Source: Candidatus Hermodarchaeota archaeon (lineage in GTDB: Archaea > Asgardarchaeota > Lokiarchaeia > Sigyniarchaeales > SOKP01). From it: a stretch of DNA of 40,733 bases. The notes beneath the pieces were generated by a model. The model searched no databases and was not told where the DNA came from. It saw nothing but the letters and a program-made list of their open reading frames with translations. The position numbers and the translations under genes were made by a program. Below, one piece after another: positions 1-8,655 of the stretch (its first letter is position 1; each line of letters opens with the position of its first letter). The stretch is from positions 1 to 40,733 of the forward strand of contig JBHLLG010000024.1 of NCBI GenBank assembly GCA_048885925.1. Reading direction: 5' to 3'.

Positions 1-76
1 TGAGTTTAGCGTCCTACCAACCTTTATCGCTTGACTTGCATTCAAGAGGTCACGGGTTCAATTCCCGTCAGGTCCA
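1..76 (+). tRNA. tRNA-Ala(TGC), 5'-truncated by window edge, with a probable D-loop intron (3' part at 1-24)
   Basis: Anticodon arm CTTGA-CT-TGC-AT-TCAAG (30-46), T arm ACGGG-TTCAATT-CCCGT, acceptor 3' strand CAGGTCC-A with U70 (Ala G3:U70 identity). Bases 1-24 are not D-arm sequence and end AACC-TT|T, like the 3' half of a BHB at 21/22. Confidence 0.88.
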
Positions 77-329
77 TATTCCTCAAATTAAGTTGAAGAT
101 GAGCTCAATTTTTATTAATATAAAAGGATATAATATTTTTTTAAAAGATATAGTATGTTTTTTTTGTTAATGAACTATTTAAAACACTCTTATCAATAAA
201 GAGCGCTATTTGCAACTTTTTTGGTACGTCGTTGCTTAGAAAAAAAATCCAGCTATTTAAAATTTAAATCTTTTTCAATGTTAAAAATAAGAAATTTTTT
301 AATTATTTAATTAATACTACAATATAAGT

Positions 330-485
330 ATGAAGTTTTATGAAATTTTATTAAGTATTGTATTATTTTTATTTCAAATTAATACTGAAGACGTTGAAAT
401 GTATAATTTCCTACTTGTTTTTTTCGGGATTATTTTATTAGTTATAATTCTTCTTTATATCCTCTTAACTTCAAAACAAGATTGA
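330..485 (+). CDS. Possible 51-aa small membrane protein
   Basis: Read by hand: MKFYEILLSIVLFLFQINTEDVEMYNFLLVFFGIILLVIILLYILLTSKQD*. Two hydrophobic segments, stop 6 bp from the convergent ychF stop. AT-rich DNA can give such ORFs by chance. Confidence 0.35.
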   Translation: MKFYEILLSIVLFLFQINTEDVEMYNFLLVFFGIILLVIILLYILLTSKQD

Positions 486-491
486 ACTTTA

Positions 492-1709
492 TTACTTACT
501 TTTTGATGTTACAATCTTTATAATATCTCTATCGTTTAATTCATAATTTTCTCCCAGTCTTTTTTTTGTTTTAGCATCTATACCAAACATAAAATTCTCA
601 GCCAATTCGCTATGGATTTTATCTCTAACAAAGTCTCTCAATAATGTTCCTTTTTTTACTAGAAATGCATCTGGTAAAACATTTCCCTTATTATCTGAAA
701 ATGCATTAATGTCTGAAACTGGGTAAATACAGATTTGATTAGCTATTTTAAATGAGGCGTAATCTAAAACTCTTTGAACGCCTGTCCCATCATATTTATT
801 TAATATTTTATCTTTTATCTTTTCTAACATTTCTAATTCATTTGAATCTAATTTTCCCTTATCAAGAATTTTAAAATTATTTGAGCCTGGAATATAGCTA
901 ATTACTTTTTCTTCATGATACTTTCTTAAAAAGTGCTCAGCTAATGCACTACAAGGGATTATAGGATCTTCATATTTAATTTTTAACTTTTTGAAATTTT
1001 CCTCGCCAATTTCTTTATCAATTTTATTTGCTACAATTAAAATTGGTTTTGATATTCTCCTCAATGCTTTAATAAAATCTAAAATTTCTTGATCAGTCCA
1101 TGTCGAAGGATTTTTATTTTCTAAATTTGAACTCTTTAATGATAATATAATCTCTTGTTTTTCCACCTTAACTCCTGAAAGTCTTTCATAAAGCGCTTCA
1201 ATAAGTTTTTTTTTTTCTGCAAGAATTCCTTTGGTGAAACGTGTCCAATCTTCTCTTTCAAGAATCTCTTTAAACCATAAATTTATTTCATTTTCTAAAA
1301 ACAAAATGTCCTCATAAGGGTCATTTTCACCCATAGAAACTAACTTTCCCGACTTATCAAGGGATCCTGTTATATCTACTATATGTAAAAGAACATCTGC
1401 TCTGATTAAGTCGTTTAAAAATTTATTTCCTAAACCCTTCCCTTTATGGGCATCAGGTACTAACCCAGCTACATCTATTAAATTAATTGGTATAAATCTA
1501 TCACCATTAATACAAATTGAATTCTTTGGATTATCTTTAACATCTAATTCTTTACATACACATTTACTTTTAATATAAGCAACTCCTTTGTTTGGTTCAA
1601 TAGTAGTAAAAGGTATTTCACTAACTTTAGCATGTGTCAAACAAGTAGCATTTAAGAAGGTAGTTTTTCCACTACTAGGTTTTCCAATAATTCCTAATAT
1701 TAGTGTCAT
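492..1709 (-). CDS. ychF: OBG-family YchF/Ygr210-type GTPase with C-terminal TGS domain
   Basis: GKPSSGKTT, PFTTIEPN, DVAGLV..A..G.GLGNKFL and NKID motifs. Start moved to the ATG at 1709 (MTLILG) because the longer ORF overlaps the upstream gene. Confidence 0.9.
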   Translation of the reverse strand: MTLILGIIGKPSSGKTTFLNATCLTHAKVSEIPFTTIEPNKGVAYIKSKCVCKELDVKDNPKNSICINGDRFIPINLIDVAGLVPDAHKGKGLGNKFLNDLIRADVLLHIVDITGSLDKSGKLVSMGENDPYEDILFLENEINLWFKEILEREDWTRFTKGILAEKKKLIEALYERLSGVKVEKQEIILSLKSSNLENKNPSTWTDQEILDFIKALRRISKPILIVANKIDKEIGEENFKKLKIKYEDPIIPCSALAEHFLRKYHEEKVISYIPGSNNFKILDKGKLDSNELEMLEKIKDKILNKYDGTGVQRVLDYASFKIANQICIYPVSDINAFSDNKGNVLPDAFLVKKGTLLRDFVRDKIHSELAENFMFGIDAKTKKRLGENYELNDRDIIKIVTSKSK

Positions 1710-1737
1710 ATGTATATTGAATCTTGATATTATAAAA

Positions 1738-3453
1738 TTATTCCTTTTTCTTTTCTTGGTCAATATACAATGAATTTATATAATGTTTTAATTTTTTAAT
1801 ATCATTTCCATTTGTTTCAAATTCCCCAATATCTTTGAAATTTTTATAGTCATTATTAGAATTCGTAACTACATCGTTCTTTTTTTGTGTTTCTTGAGTT
1901 CTTTTTGAATTTTTACAATCATTTTTCAAATTAAGATTGTTGGTTTTAATATTTTTAACTTTATGTTTCATACTGATTTCATTAAAGTTATTGATTTCTT
2001 TTGAATCAAGCCATTCTCTCTTTATCAAAGGAACATTAAGCAAAAAAGGTCTCTTTATTGAATTAACTCTTAGAAGACATTGACCTTGTTCTAAAATGGA
2101 TAAATATTCCTCATTTTCAGTATTGAGATTTAATAATTTACATAAAAATTTCTTTTCCATATGTGTTTTAAAACATACCAAAATTCCACAGTTGGCTAAT
2201 ATTTCTTCACTAATATCAGGATGAGTAGCTAATGAAATCAAGCATTCACCAGTACCTCTTTGGAGTAAAGCTATATCCTCTAAATAAGTAGTTAATTTAT
2301 TTTGTTTTGTAAGCTCTTTTGGAGCAAAGTATTGAGTATCTTCGATAATTGTTATATGCTTCATTCCACGAAATTTAAATGCTCCTCGTGAAAGATTCTT
2401 ATCCCATAAATATTTTAAAATCATATTCAAAAAGAATAAAGCATCTTCTTTTTCACCCCCTAAACGAATTATGGAACTTAGATCAAATAAAACATTCTTT
2501 TTAAATAATTCTCGCATCTTAAGGTTATTATTCTTATCAAATATTGCCTTTAACGAGCCTAAGGAAAATCTTCTAATTCTATTAGTAATACTAATAAGCG
2601 TTTGACTCAACATAGGAATTTCATTTTTTTTATTTTTAGCATAATCATTACAGCACTTATAAAATCCTTCCCAACTTTGAAATTTATCCATTTCACAAAC
2701 TTTTGTTAAAATCTCAACTAAAACTTTTTCCATTTGTGGAGAAAATTCCGCATTATCATCTAAAAACTTTCCGCTCTTTAAAATGTCAAACAGCCTCTCT
2801 GCATGGATCTCTGGAATAGCTCCTTCAGGGTTAAATATATTAATTGAGAAATTTTCTCCAGGTCTAATAATTAATAAATTTTCAACCTTTTTCTGTAAGA
2901 AATGATATTCCCCTTTAAACTCAACTAACATAAAAGGAATTTTATAGTTTTTAGTAAAATTGATTAAAAAGTTTTGTAAAAAGTTAGTTTTTCCTGTACC
3001 TGTTGCTCCACATATAAACATATGTTTCTCAATGTCCTCAATTGATAAATAAAATTTCTTTCTCTTAGCATTTCCTTTTAAGATTCTTCCAATAGGGATA
3101 TTCTCATTCCTATTTCTCGCTTTATATGGAATCTCAAGGTCTATTATATTTTTATCGCCTTGCAAGAAAGGTAATAAAAATAAAATAACTGAAGCTGTAT
3201 ATAAACCATTAGCTATATTAAATAAAATAGTAGGAATAAAGAAACCAATCTTTCTTTCTATAAAAAGAATAGAATTACTAAAAATAAAAAAGGGTATATT
3301 GAGAATAAGAACTCCTAATGTCGCCAATAATATTACGAGAATTAAGATTTTAATACTATTAAAATAATACTTTTTCATTCGGTATCTATAGAAAAGAATA
3401 TTTGTAATTAAAGAAATAATACATGAATAAAAGAATAATAAATTTAATAACAT
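1738..3453 (-). CDS. Membrane-anchored HerA/FtsK/VirB4-like ATPase (DUF87; CedB-like architecture)
   Basis: About 3 N-terminal TM segments, then IPIG...HMFICGATGTGKT (Walker A), VEFKGEY, INIFNP, a divergent Walker B (TIIEDTQ) and LQRGTGECLISLATHP. Confidence 0.8.
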   Translation of the reverse strand: MLLNLLFFYSCIISLITNILFYRYRMKKYYFNSIKILILVILLATLGVLILNIPFFIFSNSILFIERKIGFFIPTILFNIANGLYTASVILFLLPFLQGDKNIIDLEIPYKARNRNENIPIGRILKGNAKRKKFYLSIEDIEKHMFICGATGTGKTNFLQNFLINFTKNYKIPFMLVEFKGEYHFLQKKVENLLIIRPGENFSINIFNPEGAIPEIHAERLFDILKSGKFLDDNAEFSPQMEKVLVEILTKVCEMDKFQSWEGFYKCCNDYAKNKKNEIPMLSQTLISITNRIRRFSLGSLKAIFDKNNNLKMRELFKKNVLFDLSSIIRLGGEKEDALFFLNMILKYLWDKNLSRGAFKFRGMKHITIIEDTQYFAPKELTKQNKLTTYLEDIALLQRGTGECLISLATHPDISEEILANCGILVCFKTHMEKKFLCKLLNLNTENEEYLSILEQGQCLLRVNSIKRPFLLNVPLIKREWLDSKEINNFNEISMKHKVKNIKTNNLNLKNDCKNSKRTQETQKKNDVVTNSNNDYKNFKDIGEFETNGNDIKKLKHYINSLYIDQEKKKE

Positions 3454-3622
3454 GTTATCTTGTTTATCTCTTTATTCGTCTATAATTTTAAAAACATCAA
3501 TAAATTTTAAAAAACCTAAAAATCAAGCTTTTAATTATTTTTCGTAAACTTTTTTAATTTTATGACTTAGAGATCTATATAAATAAAATTTAAAAATTAT
3601 AATAGAAAAAGTTGAAAAAAGA

Positions 3623-5233
3623 ATGGCACAATTATCTGGTGTTCCAATACTTATCTTAAAAGAAGGAACTGAAAGAAAACGAGGAAAAGATGCTCAAAAA
3701 AATAACATTGCTGCAGCAAAAGCTGTAGCTGAAGCAGTAAGAACTACATTAGGCCCAAAAGGAATGGATAAAATGCTCGTTGACTCATTAGGAGATGTTA
3801 CAATAACAAATGATGGAGCAACAATTTTAGATACTATTGATGTTGAACATCCTGCTGCAAAAATGATAGTAGAAGTAGCTAAAACCCAAGATGATAAAGT
3901 TGGAGATGGAACTACTACAAGTGTTATTATTTCAGGAGAACTTTTAAATCTAGCAGAGGAATTAATGGAGCAATCAGTACATCCTACGATAATTTTTAGA
4001 GGATATAGAAAAGCTTTACTAAAGAGTAAAGAGATCCTACAAGATTTAGCCACTGAGATTGATATTAATGATAGAGACACTTTAATGAAAGTTGCAGAAA
4101 CATCTATGAATAGCAAATTAATAGCAGGTGTAAAAAACCATTTTGCAGATATTGCCGTTAAAGCTGTAACTCAAATCAAAGAAGTGCGTGGGCAAAATAT
4201 TATGGTTGATTTAGATCAAATTCAAATAATTAAAAAAGAAGGAAAAAGCCTTTTAGATACAAATATCATTGATGGAATCATTGTTGATAAAGAAGTTGTT
4301 CATCCAATGATGCCAAAATTAGTTAAAAATGCTAAAGTTGCTTTAATCGACTCCTCATTAGAAGTTGAAAAGACTGAATTTGATGCTGAAATTCGAGTTC
4401 AAACACCCGATCAAATAAATAAATTTCTTGAAGAAGAAGCAAATATGCTAAAGAATCGCGTTATGAAACTAAGAGAAATTGGTGCTAATGTTGTAATTTG
4501 CCAGAAAGGTATCGATGATAAAGCCCAAAATTTTCTTGCAAAAGAAAATATTTTGACAGTAAGGAGAGCTAAAAAATCAGATATGGAGAAACTAGCGAGA
4601 GCTACTGGTGCAAAAATTATAAATAATATTTTTGAAATCAATGAAAACGATTTAGGGAAGGCTGGAAAAGTAGAAGAAAAGAAAATTGGGGATGATAACA
4701 TGATTTTTATCTCAGAGTGTGCTGATCCAAAAGCAGTAAGTATACTCGTTAGGGCGGGGATTGAACATGTTCTGGATGAAGCAGAAAGAATGTTACATGA
4801 TGCATTATCAGTGGTCAAGGCAGCATTTGAATTACCATATATTTTACCTGGTGGTGGTGCCTCTGAAATAGAACTCGCAAAGCGACTTAGAGCCTATGCT
4901 AGATCAATTGGAGGAAGAGAGCAATTAGCTATCGAAATATATGCTAATGCTTTAGAAATAATTCCTAAAACTTTAGTTGAGAATGCAGGATATAATCCTG
5001 TAGATTTAATAGTTGAGTTAAGATCTAAACATGAAAGTGAAGATGGTAGTTCTAATGGTATCAATATTGACACAGGAAAGCCAGATGATATGGTAAAATT
5101 AGGTGTTCTCGAACCATTATCGGTTTTGACTCAAGCTATCCAATCAGCAACAGAAGTTTCGTCCATGATTCTTAAAATTGATGATGTTATAGCGGCTTCC
5201 ACCCTTTCTAAAGGTGCAGGACCTGGAGAATAA
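3623..5233 (+). CDS. ths: Thermosome (group II chaperonin) subunit
   Basis: [27 protein letters not shown] and GGGASE motifs; 536 aa. Confidence 0.97.
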   Translation: MAQLSGVPILILKEGTERKRGKDAQKNNIAAAKAVAEAVRTTLGPKGMDKMLVDSLGDVTITNDGATILDTIDVEHPAAKMIVEVAKTQDDKVGDGTTTSVIISGELLNLAEELMEQSVHPTIIFRGYRKALLKSKEILQDLATEIDINDRDTLMKVAETSMNSKLIAGVKNHFADIAVKAVTQIKEVRGQNIMVDLDQIQIIKKEGKSLLDTNIIDGIIVDKEVVHPMMPKLVKNAKVALIDSSLEVEKTEFDAEIRVQTPDQINKFLEEEANMLKNRVMKLREIGANVVICQKGIDDKAQNFLAKENILTVRRAKKSDMEKLARATGAKIINNIFEINENDLGKAGKVEEKKIGDDNMIFISECADPKAVSILVRAGIEHVLDEAERMLHDALSVVKAAFELPYILPGGGASEIELAKRLRAYARSIGGREQLAIEIYANALEIIPKTLVENAGYNPVDLIVELRSKHESEDGSSNGINIDTGKPDDMVKLGVLEPLSVLTQAIQSATEVSSMILKIDDVIAASTLSKGAGPGE

Positions 5234-5253
5234 TAAAATTTTAGTTTATGTAA

Positions 5254-5276
5254 TTTTTTTTTACCCTTTTTTTTTT
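5254..5276 (+). terminator. Oligo(T) archaeal terminator after the thermosome gene
   Basis: T9-ACCC-T10 starting 21 bp after the stop codon. Confidence 0.55.
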
Positions 5277-5736
5277 AAAATTTATTGAATTCTTTGAATT
5301 GAGTTCCCCAAGAAAACTTAGAAAGAATTAAATTTGCATCCTCAAGAAAATTCGTAATAAAAAGTGCCGCTGCTAAAGCTTCTACTGAACTTAATTTTTC
5401 CCATTTACCATAATTAGTTGGATTTGCAGCTATTAAAGGAGGCAATTTGCGAGAGTTTTTAAAATTTATTTTTGTTAAATTCATAATATTTTTCCAAGAA
5501 CAATCAATAACAATTAAACCATATGTCAAAATTTTACTTCGATCTAGAATAGATAATTCTTTTTGGGCGAATGGATTTAAAATAACGCTATTATTTAAAG
5601 ACCCCTTAATCTCTTTTATGATTTTTATTAAATTTAATTTATTTAACTTTAACGCTGTACACTTTTTTGGATCACATTCTCTATAATGAAGACAATATAA
5701 TTTTGGTCGTCCTTTTACCGAAAAAGTATCATTCAT
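5275..5736 (-). CDS. tsr3: SSU rRNA aminocarboxypropyltransferase Tsr3
   Basis: ECDPKKCTA.KL, IDCSW and R.LP.LIAANPTNYGK..KLSSVEALAAAL signature. Confidence 0.95.
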   Translation of the reverse strand: MNDTFSVKGRPKLYCLHYRECDPKKCTALKLNKLNLIKIIKEIKGSLNNSVILNPFAQKELSILDRSKILTYGLIVIDCSWKNIMNLTKINFKNSRKLPPLIAANPTNYGKWEKLSSVEALAAALFITNFLEDANLILSKFSWGTQFKEFNKF

Positions 5737-5796
5737 TATAAGATATTCAAAAAAAGTTATTTTAAAAATTTAAAATCGTTGATAACACCCTAAGGA

Positions 5797-6807
5797 TTAA
5801 TCATACTTAAAACTTGTAAGAACATTTACAGAATTTATGAAATTTTTAGTTACTTTTTCATCTCCTAAAATTTGTAATATTGAATGAATAATATTCCGTG
5901 ATTCACAGATAACAGGTATGCCTCCATATGCTAAGCTAAATAACCCAATAAACGAAATAACCTCATAATTTGAGGTTTTTTCCGTTGGGGAAAACAAAAT
6001 TTTACCAGATGGACATGTAATAAGACCATAAAAATTTTCAGCATTTTCCCCAGATATAGCGATATAACTTAATAAATCTCCAAGTGAACTTCCTTCTGAT
6101 TCTTCTTTCATTTTTTGAAAAGCTACATTAGCATTTGCTGAGAAGGCTTCAATAGATATCGGTAGATTTTGACCACTTACATCTCTTGCATCTAAAGTTA
6201 AACCAGAAGGACTTACCAGGCTATATCTTATAAAAATTGGATTTTGAACTGAATCTAAAATAGTTTTTATCGAAGTTAATAAATTTGAAGTTACAACTTT
6301 TTCGGGTTTATATGATATAAAAGGAACTTCTGAACCCATTCCAAAAAGATAAATAGCACTACGAACTTTATCGCAAAAGATTTCAACTTCTCTTTCAGAT
6401 TCATCTCCGCTTCCAAAAAAATCACCTAATTTCTGTTTCAAATAATACATTGCTGTTGCTAAATTATCGGCATCTAATGGCCATTCTTTATGATAATCAT
6501 GTACAATAGTTAAGAGAGTCTCATTAATTCTGATAGTTATTAAACAAACTTTATCAAAGTATGAAAAAGATATAACTTGATCCATTATTTCTAAATCTTC
6601 CCAATTTTCTTCGCTTGCAGAAAAAGCTGCTGAAGCTAGACTTGTAATTTGATTTGGATTCAAATCAATCTCACTTTTCCTACCTATTTTAGCTATTGAA
6701 AGACCATTTTGATCACATAAAACTACTAAAACTGTACCCTCTGACGCTCTTAAAATAGAAGTTAGATGTTTTATTAGAGAATCTCTAACACTCATCGAAG
6801 GAACCAC
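5797..6807 (-). CDS. Tandem Roadblock/LAMTOR-like domain protein
   Basis: Two helix-beta-beta-helix units with Roadblock patterns: VVLCDQNGLSIA...ITSLASAAFSASE and SLVSPSGLTL...FSANANVAF. The start may be the ATG at 6795. Confidence 0.7.
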   Translation of the reverse strand: MVPSMSVRDSLIKHLTSILRASEGTVLVVLCDQNGLSIAKIGRKSEIDLNPNQITSLASAAFSASEENWEDLEIMDQVISFSYFDKVCLITIRINETLLTIVHDYHKEWPLDADNLATAMYYLKQKLGDFFGSGDESEREVEIFCDKVRSAIYLFGMGSEVPFISYKPEKVVTSNLLTSIKTILDSVQNPIFIRYSLVSPSGLTLDARDVSGQNLPISIEAFSANANVAFQKMKEESEGSSLGDLLSYIAISGENAENFYGLITCPSGKILFSPTEKTSNYEVISFIGLFSLAYGGIPVICESRNIIHSILQILGDEKVTKNFINSVNVLTSFKYD

Positions 6808-6970
6808 GTATTTTTAACATTAAGTCTTGTAAAAATAATTAGTATTATGTATAATAATAAATTTTTATCTTTTAATTCAATCGTATTTACTTTTAAATTT
6901 TTAATATAAAAAATTTTTTTATTATTTTATATATTAATTAATAAATATAGCTTTTCTTTAAATTTCATTT

Positions 6971-7088
6971 GCGGGAATTGCCAAGTCTGGTCAAAGGTTA
7001 TTGCGAGCTTAATCGAAAGCCAACTATAGGCGGTGGACTTAGAATCCATTCTCAAAGGAGTTCGGGAGTTCAAATCTCCCTTCCCGCA
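6971..7088 (+). tRNA. tRNA-Leu(TAG) with a 33-nt intron at 21/22 (6995-7027)
   Basis: GCGGGAA/TTCCCGC acceptor, GTGGA-CT-TAG-AA-TCCAT arm, long variable arm, GGGAG-TTCAAAT-CTCCC. Relaxed BHB GGTC-AA|A ... AACT-AT|A with intron helix GGTT/AGCC. Confidence 0.93.
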
Positions 7089-7213
7089 TTATTAAAACTT
7101 TTAGTCATAAAATTTTTAATCCAAAATTAATTAAAAAATTAATAATTAATTAAGATCTTACAAATTGAAAGTTTTAAAAGACTGATTGGCCTTTAATATT
7201 TAAATCATAATCT

Positions 7214-7318
7214 GCTCCCGTAGTGTAGTCCGGCCAATCTTTCTAATATTTTTAAAAAAAGGGTTTCGCATAGCGGGCCTTCACCCCGCCGACCCGGGTT
7301 CAAATCCCGGCGGGAGCA
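7214..7318 (+). tRNA. tRNA-Glu(TTC) with a 30-nt intron at 21/22 (7238-7267); C33 instead of U33
   Basis: GCTCCCG/CGGGAGC acceptor, GTGT-AGTCCGGCCAA D arm, GCGGG-CC-TTC-AC-CCCGC arm. BHB GGCC-AA|T ... GGTT-TC|G with intron helix CTTT/AAAG. Confidence 0.88.
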
Positions 7319-7395
7319 CTAATTATTCATTAGAAACCATCTTAATTTATTCTCAACTGGAGCCCTGAATCGAGATTTAATATTTTTTAACTTCT

Positions 7396-7415
7396 TATAT
7401 GATTCGAATCATATA
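7396..7415. repeat. Perfect 20-bp palindrome between convergent tRNA genes
   Basis: TATATGATTCGAATCATATA is its own reverse complement. Confidence 0.85.
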
Positions 7416-7476
7416 GATCTGAATTCTGAGCAAATTATAAGATATATATGAGGTTTTAGGTTTAAATAGAAAAATG

Positions 7477-7638
7477 CGCCCCCGGCATGGTTTTCGTGAT
7501 AATCAGAAACTGATCATCGAAATCGAACATGCGACCGCCCGGTTAACTTCCGGAGGTATTTTTAGACCCCAAATACCTAAGCCGGGTGCTTTTGGCACAC
7601 CTTTATGGCGGTGCTCTACCTAGCTGAGCTACGGAGGC
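7477..7638 (-). tRNA. tRNA-Asn(GTT) with three introns (22/23: 7591-7615; 33/34: 7548-7579; 59/60: 7491-7521)
   Basis: Removing 25+32+31 nt gives a 74-nt cloverleaf: GCCTCCG-TA-GCTC-AGCTAGGTA-GAGC-A-CCCGG-CT-GTT-AA-CCGGG-CGGTC-GCATG-TTCGATC-CATGC-CGGGGGC-G. Each junction forms a BHB-type motif. Confidence 0.92.
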
Positions 7639-7742
7639 ATATTTATGATATTTTTATAGATATATTATTTCATTAAATATAATATTTAGCTTTTACTCTA
7701 TATAGGATAATTAGAGATATGAATTTTAATCATAATATAATT

Positions 7743-8273
7743 CTACAAAGAACTTTCTGAAGCATAATAAATTAACCATTTACCCATTGCAGAAAAAGAT
7801 TCATTGATATTAATATCCTCTTTTGATGAGCAGAACACACACTGATTACACTTTGCTTTTATAGCATATTCGTTAGCGATATTATAGTCCACCTCATGGT
7901 CAGTGAGATCCCATTTCATACCCATAAGAATTATAGGGATAAAACCCGCTTTTTGCCGAATAATTTTAAGCCATTCTGGGATTTCTCTAAATGTATCGTA
8001 ATCAGTAATATCAAAGCAAATAAATGCACCACTAGCACCTTTGCAATAATCCGGTAAGAGTTCACGGAATCGTTTTTCACCGGCAAAATCCCAAAGTTGC
8101 ATTTTAACAGCTTCTCCAGTATCTAATATTTCTGATTTCGTATGAAATCCTGCACCAATCGTCATTTTATAACCTTCCTCAAATTTTCCAGTACAATATC
8201 TTGTTACCATAGCAGTTTTTCCTACACCACCTGCCCCCGCTATAATTACCTTGAAAATCCATGAGCTCTGCAT
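7743..8273 (-). CDS. Rab/Ras-like small GTPase (Asgard type)
   Basis: GAGGVGKT, YKMTIGAGF, LWDFAGEKRFR, MGMKWD and CSSK motifs; no C-terminal Cys prenylation motif. Confidence 0.92.
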   Translation of the reverse strand: MQSSWIFKVIIAGAGGVGKTAMVTRYCTGKFEEGYKMTIGAGFHTKSEILDTGEAVKMQLWDFAGEKRFRELLPDYCKGASGAFICFDITDYDTFREIPEWLKIIRQKAGFIPIILMGMKWDLTDHEVDYNIANEYAIKAKCNQCVFCSSKEDININESFSAMGKWLIYYASESSL

Positions 8274-8655
8274 TTTAATAAATCACATAAAATTTCTACC
8301 ATATAGAATAAGCTTATTGATAAATAATAAAAATTCTTCTTTAAATATTTTTTTACTTAAAAAGATCCCTCTTCCATTTTTGAATCATAAATTTGGAAAT
8401 ATAGATCTAATGAAAAAATTAAAAAAAGATTTAATATATTTTCGATAATAATATTCTGATTTAATTCATGTTAAAAAAAAAATCCTGCTTTACATTTCCT
8501 AGAATTTTGAATTGAAAAACATTAATAGATCAAGATTTGATATTTTTATGTAAGTTTCCTATCAAAACGAAAAAGATTTTTATAAGACTTTATTCTATTA
8601 TTTTTTAGATCTAAATTTTAATAAGCTTCAATAATAAAGGTTGTGATAAAAGAGT

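Noticed and set aside
77-329. Integrated element or att site downstream of tRNA-Ala
   Set aside because: No integrase and no repeat of a tRNA 3' end was seen elsewhere in the window.
1710-1763. N-terminal extension of ychF in the ORF track
   Set aside because: It overlaps the upstream gene; the G1 motif begins right after the ATG at 1709.
7278-7290. Reading the tRNA at 7214 as a UCA (Sec or opal suppressor) tRNA via CT-TCA
   Set aside because: That register breaks the anticodon stem. The perfect stem centres TTC, the body is Glu-like, and there is no long variable arm.
7577-7581. Apparent TAG (Leu) anticodon in the minus-strand tRNA
   Set aside because: TAG is the start of the 33/34 intron. 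The spliced loop is CT-GTT-AA, with a short variable loop and G73, i.e. Asn.
8641-8649. TTG-TGA upstream of sui1 as selenocysteine readthrough
   Set aside because: A TAA follows immediately in frame, and no SECIS-like element was recognised.
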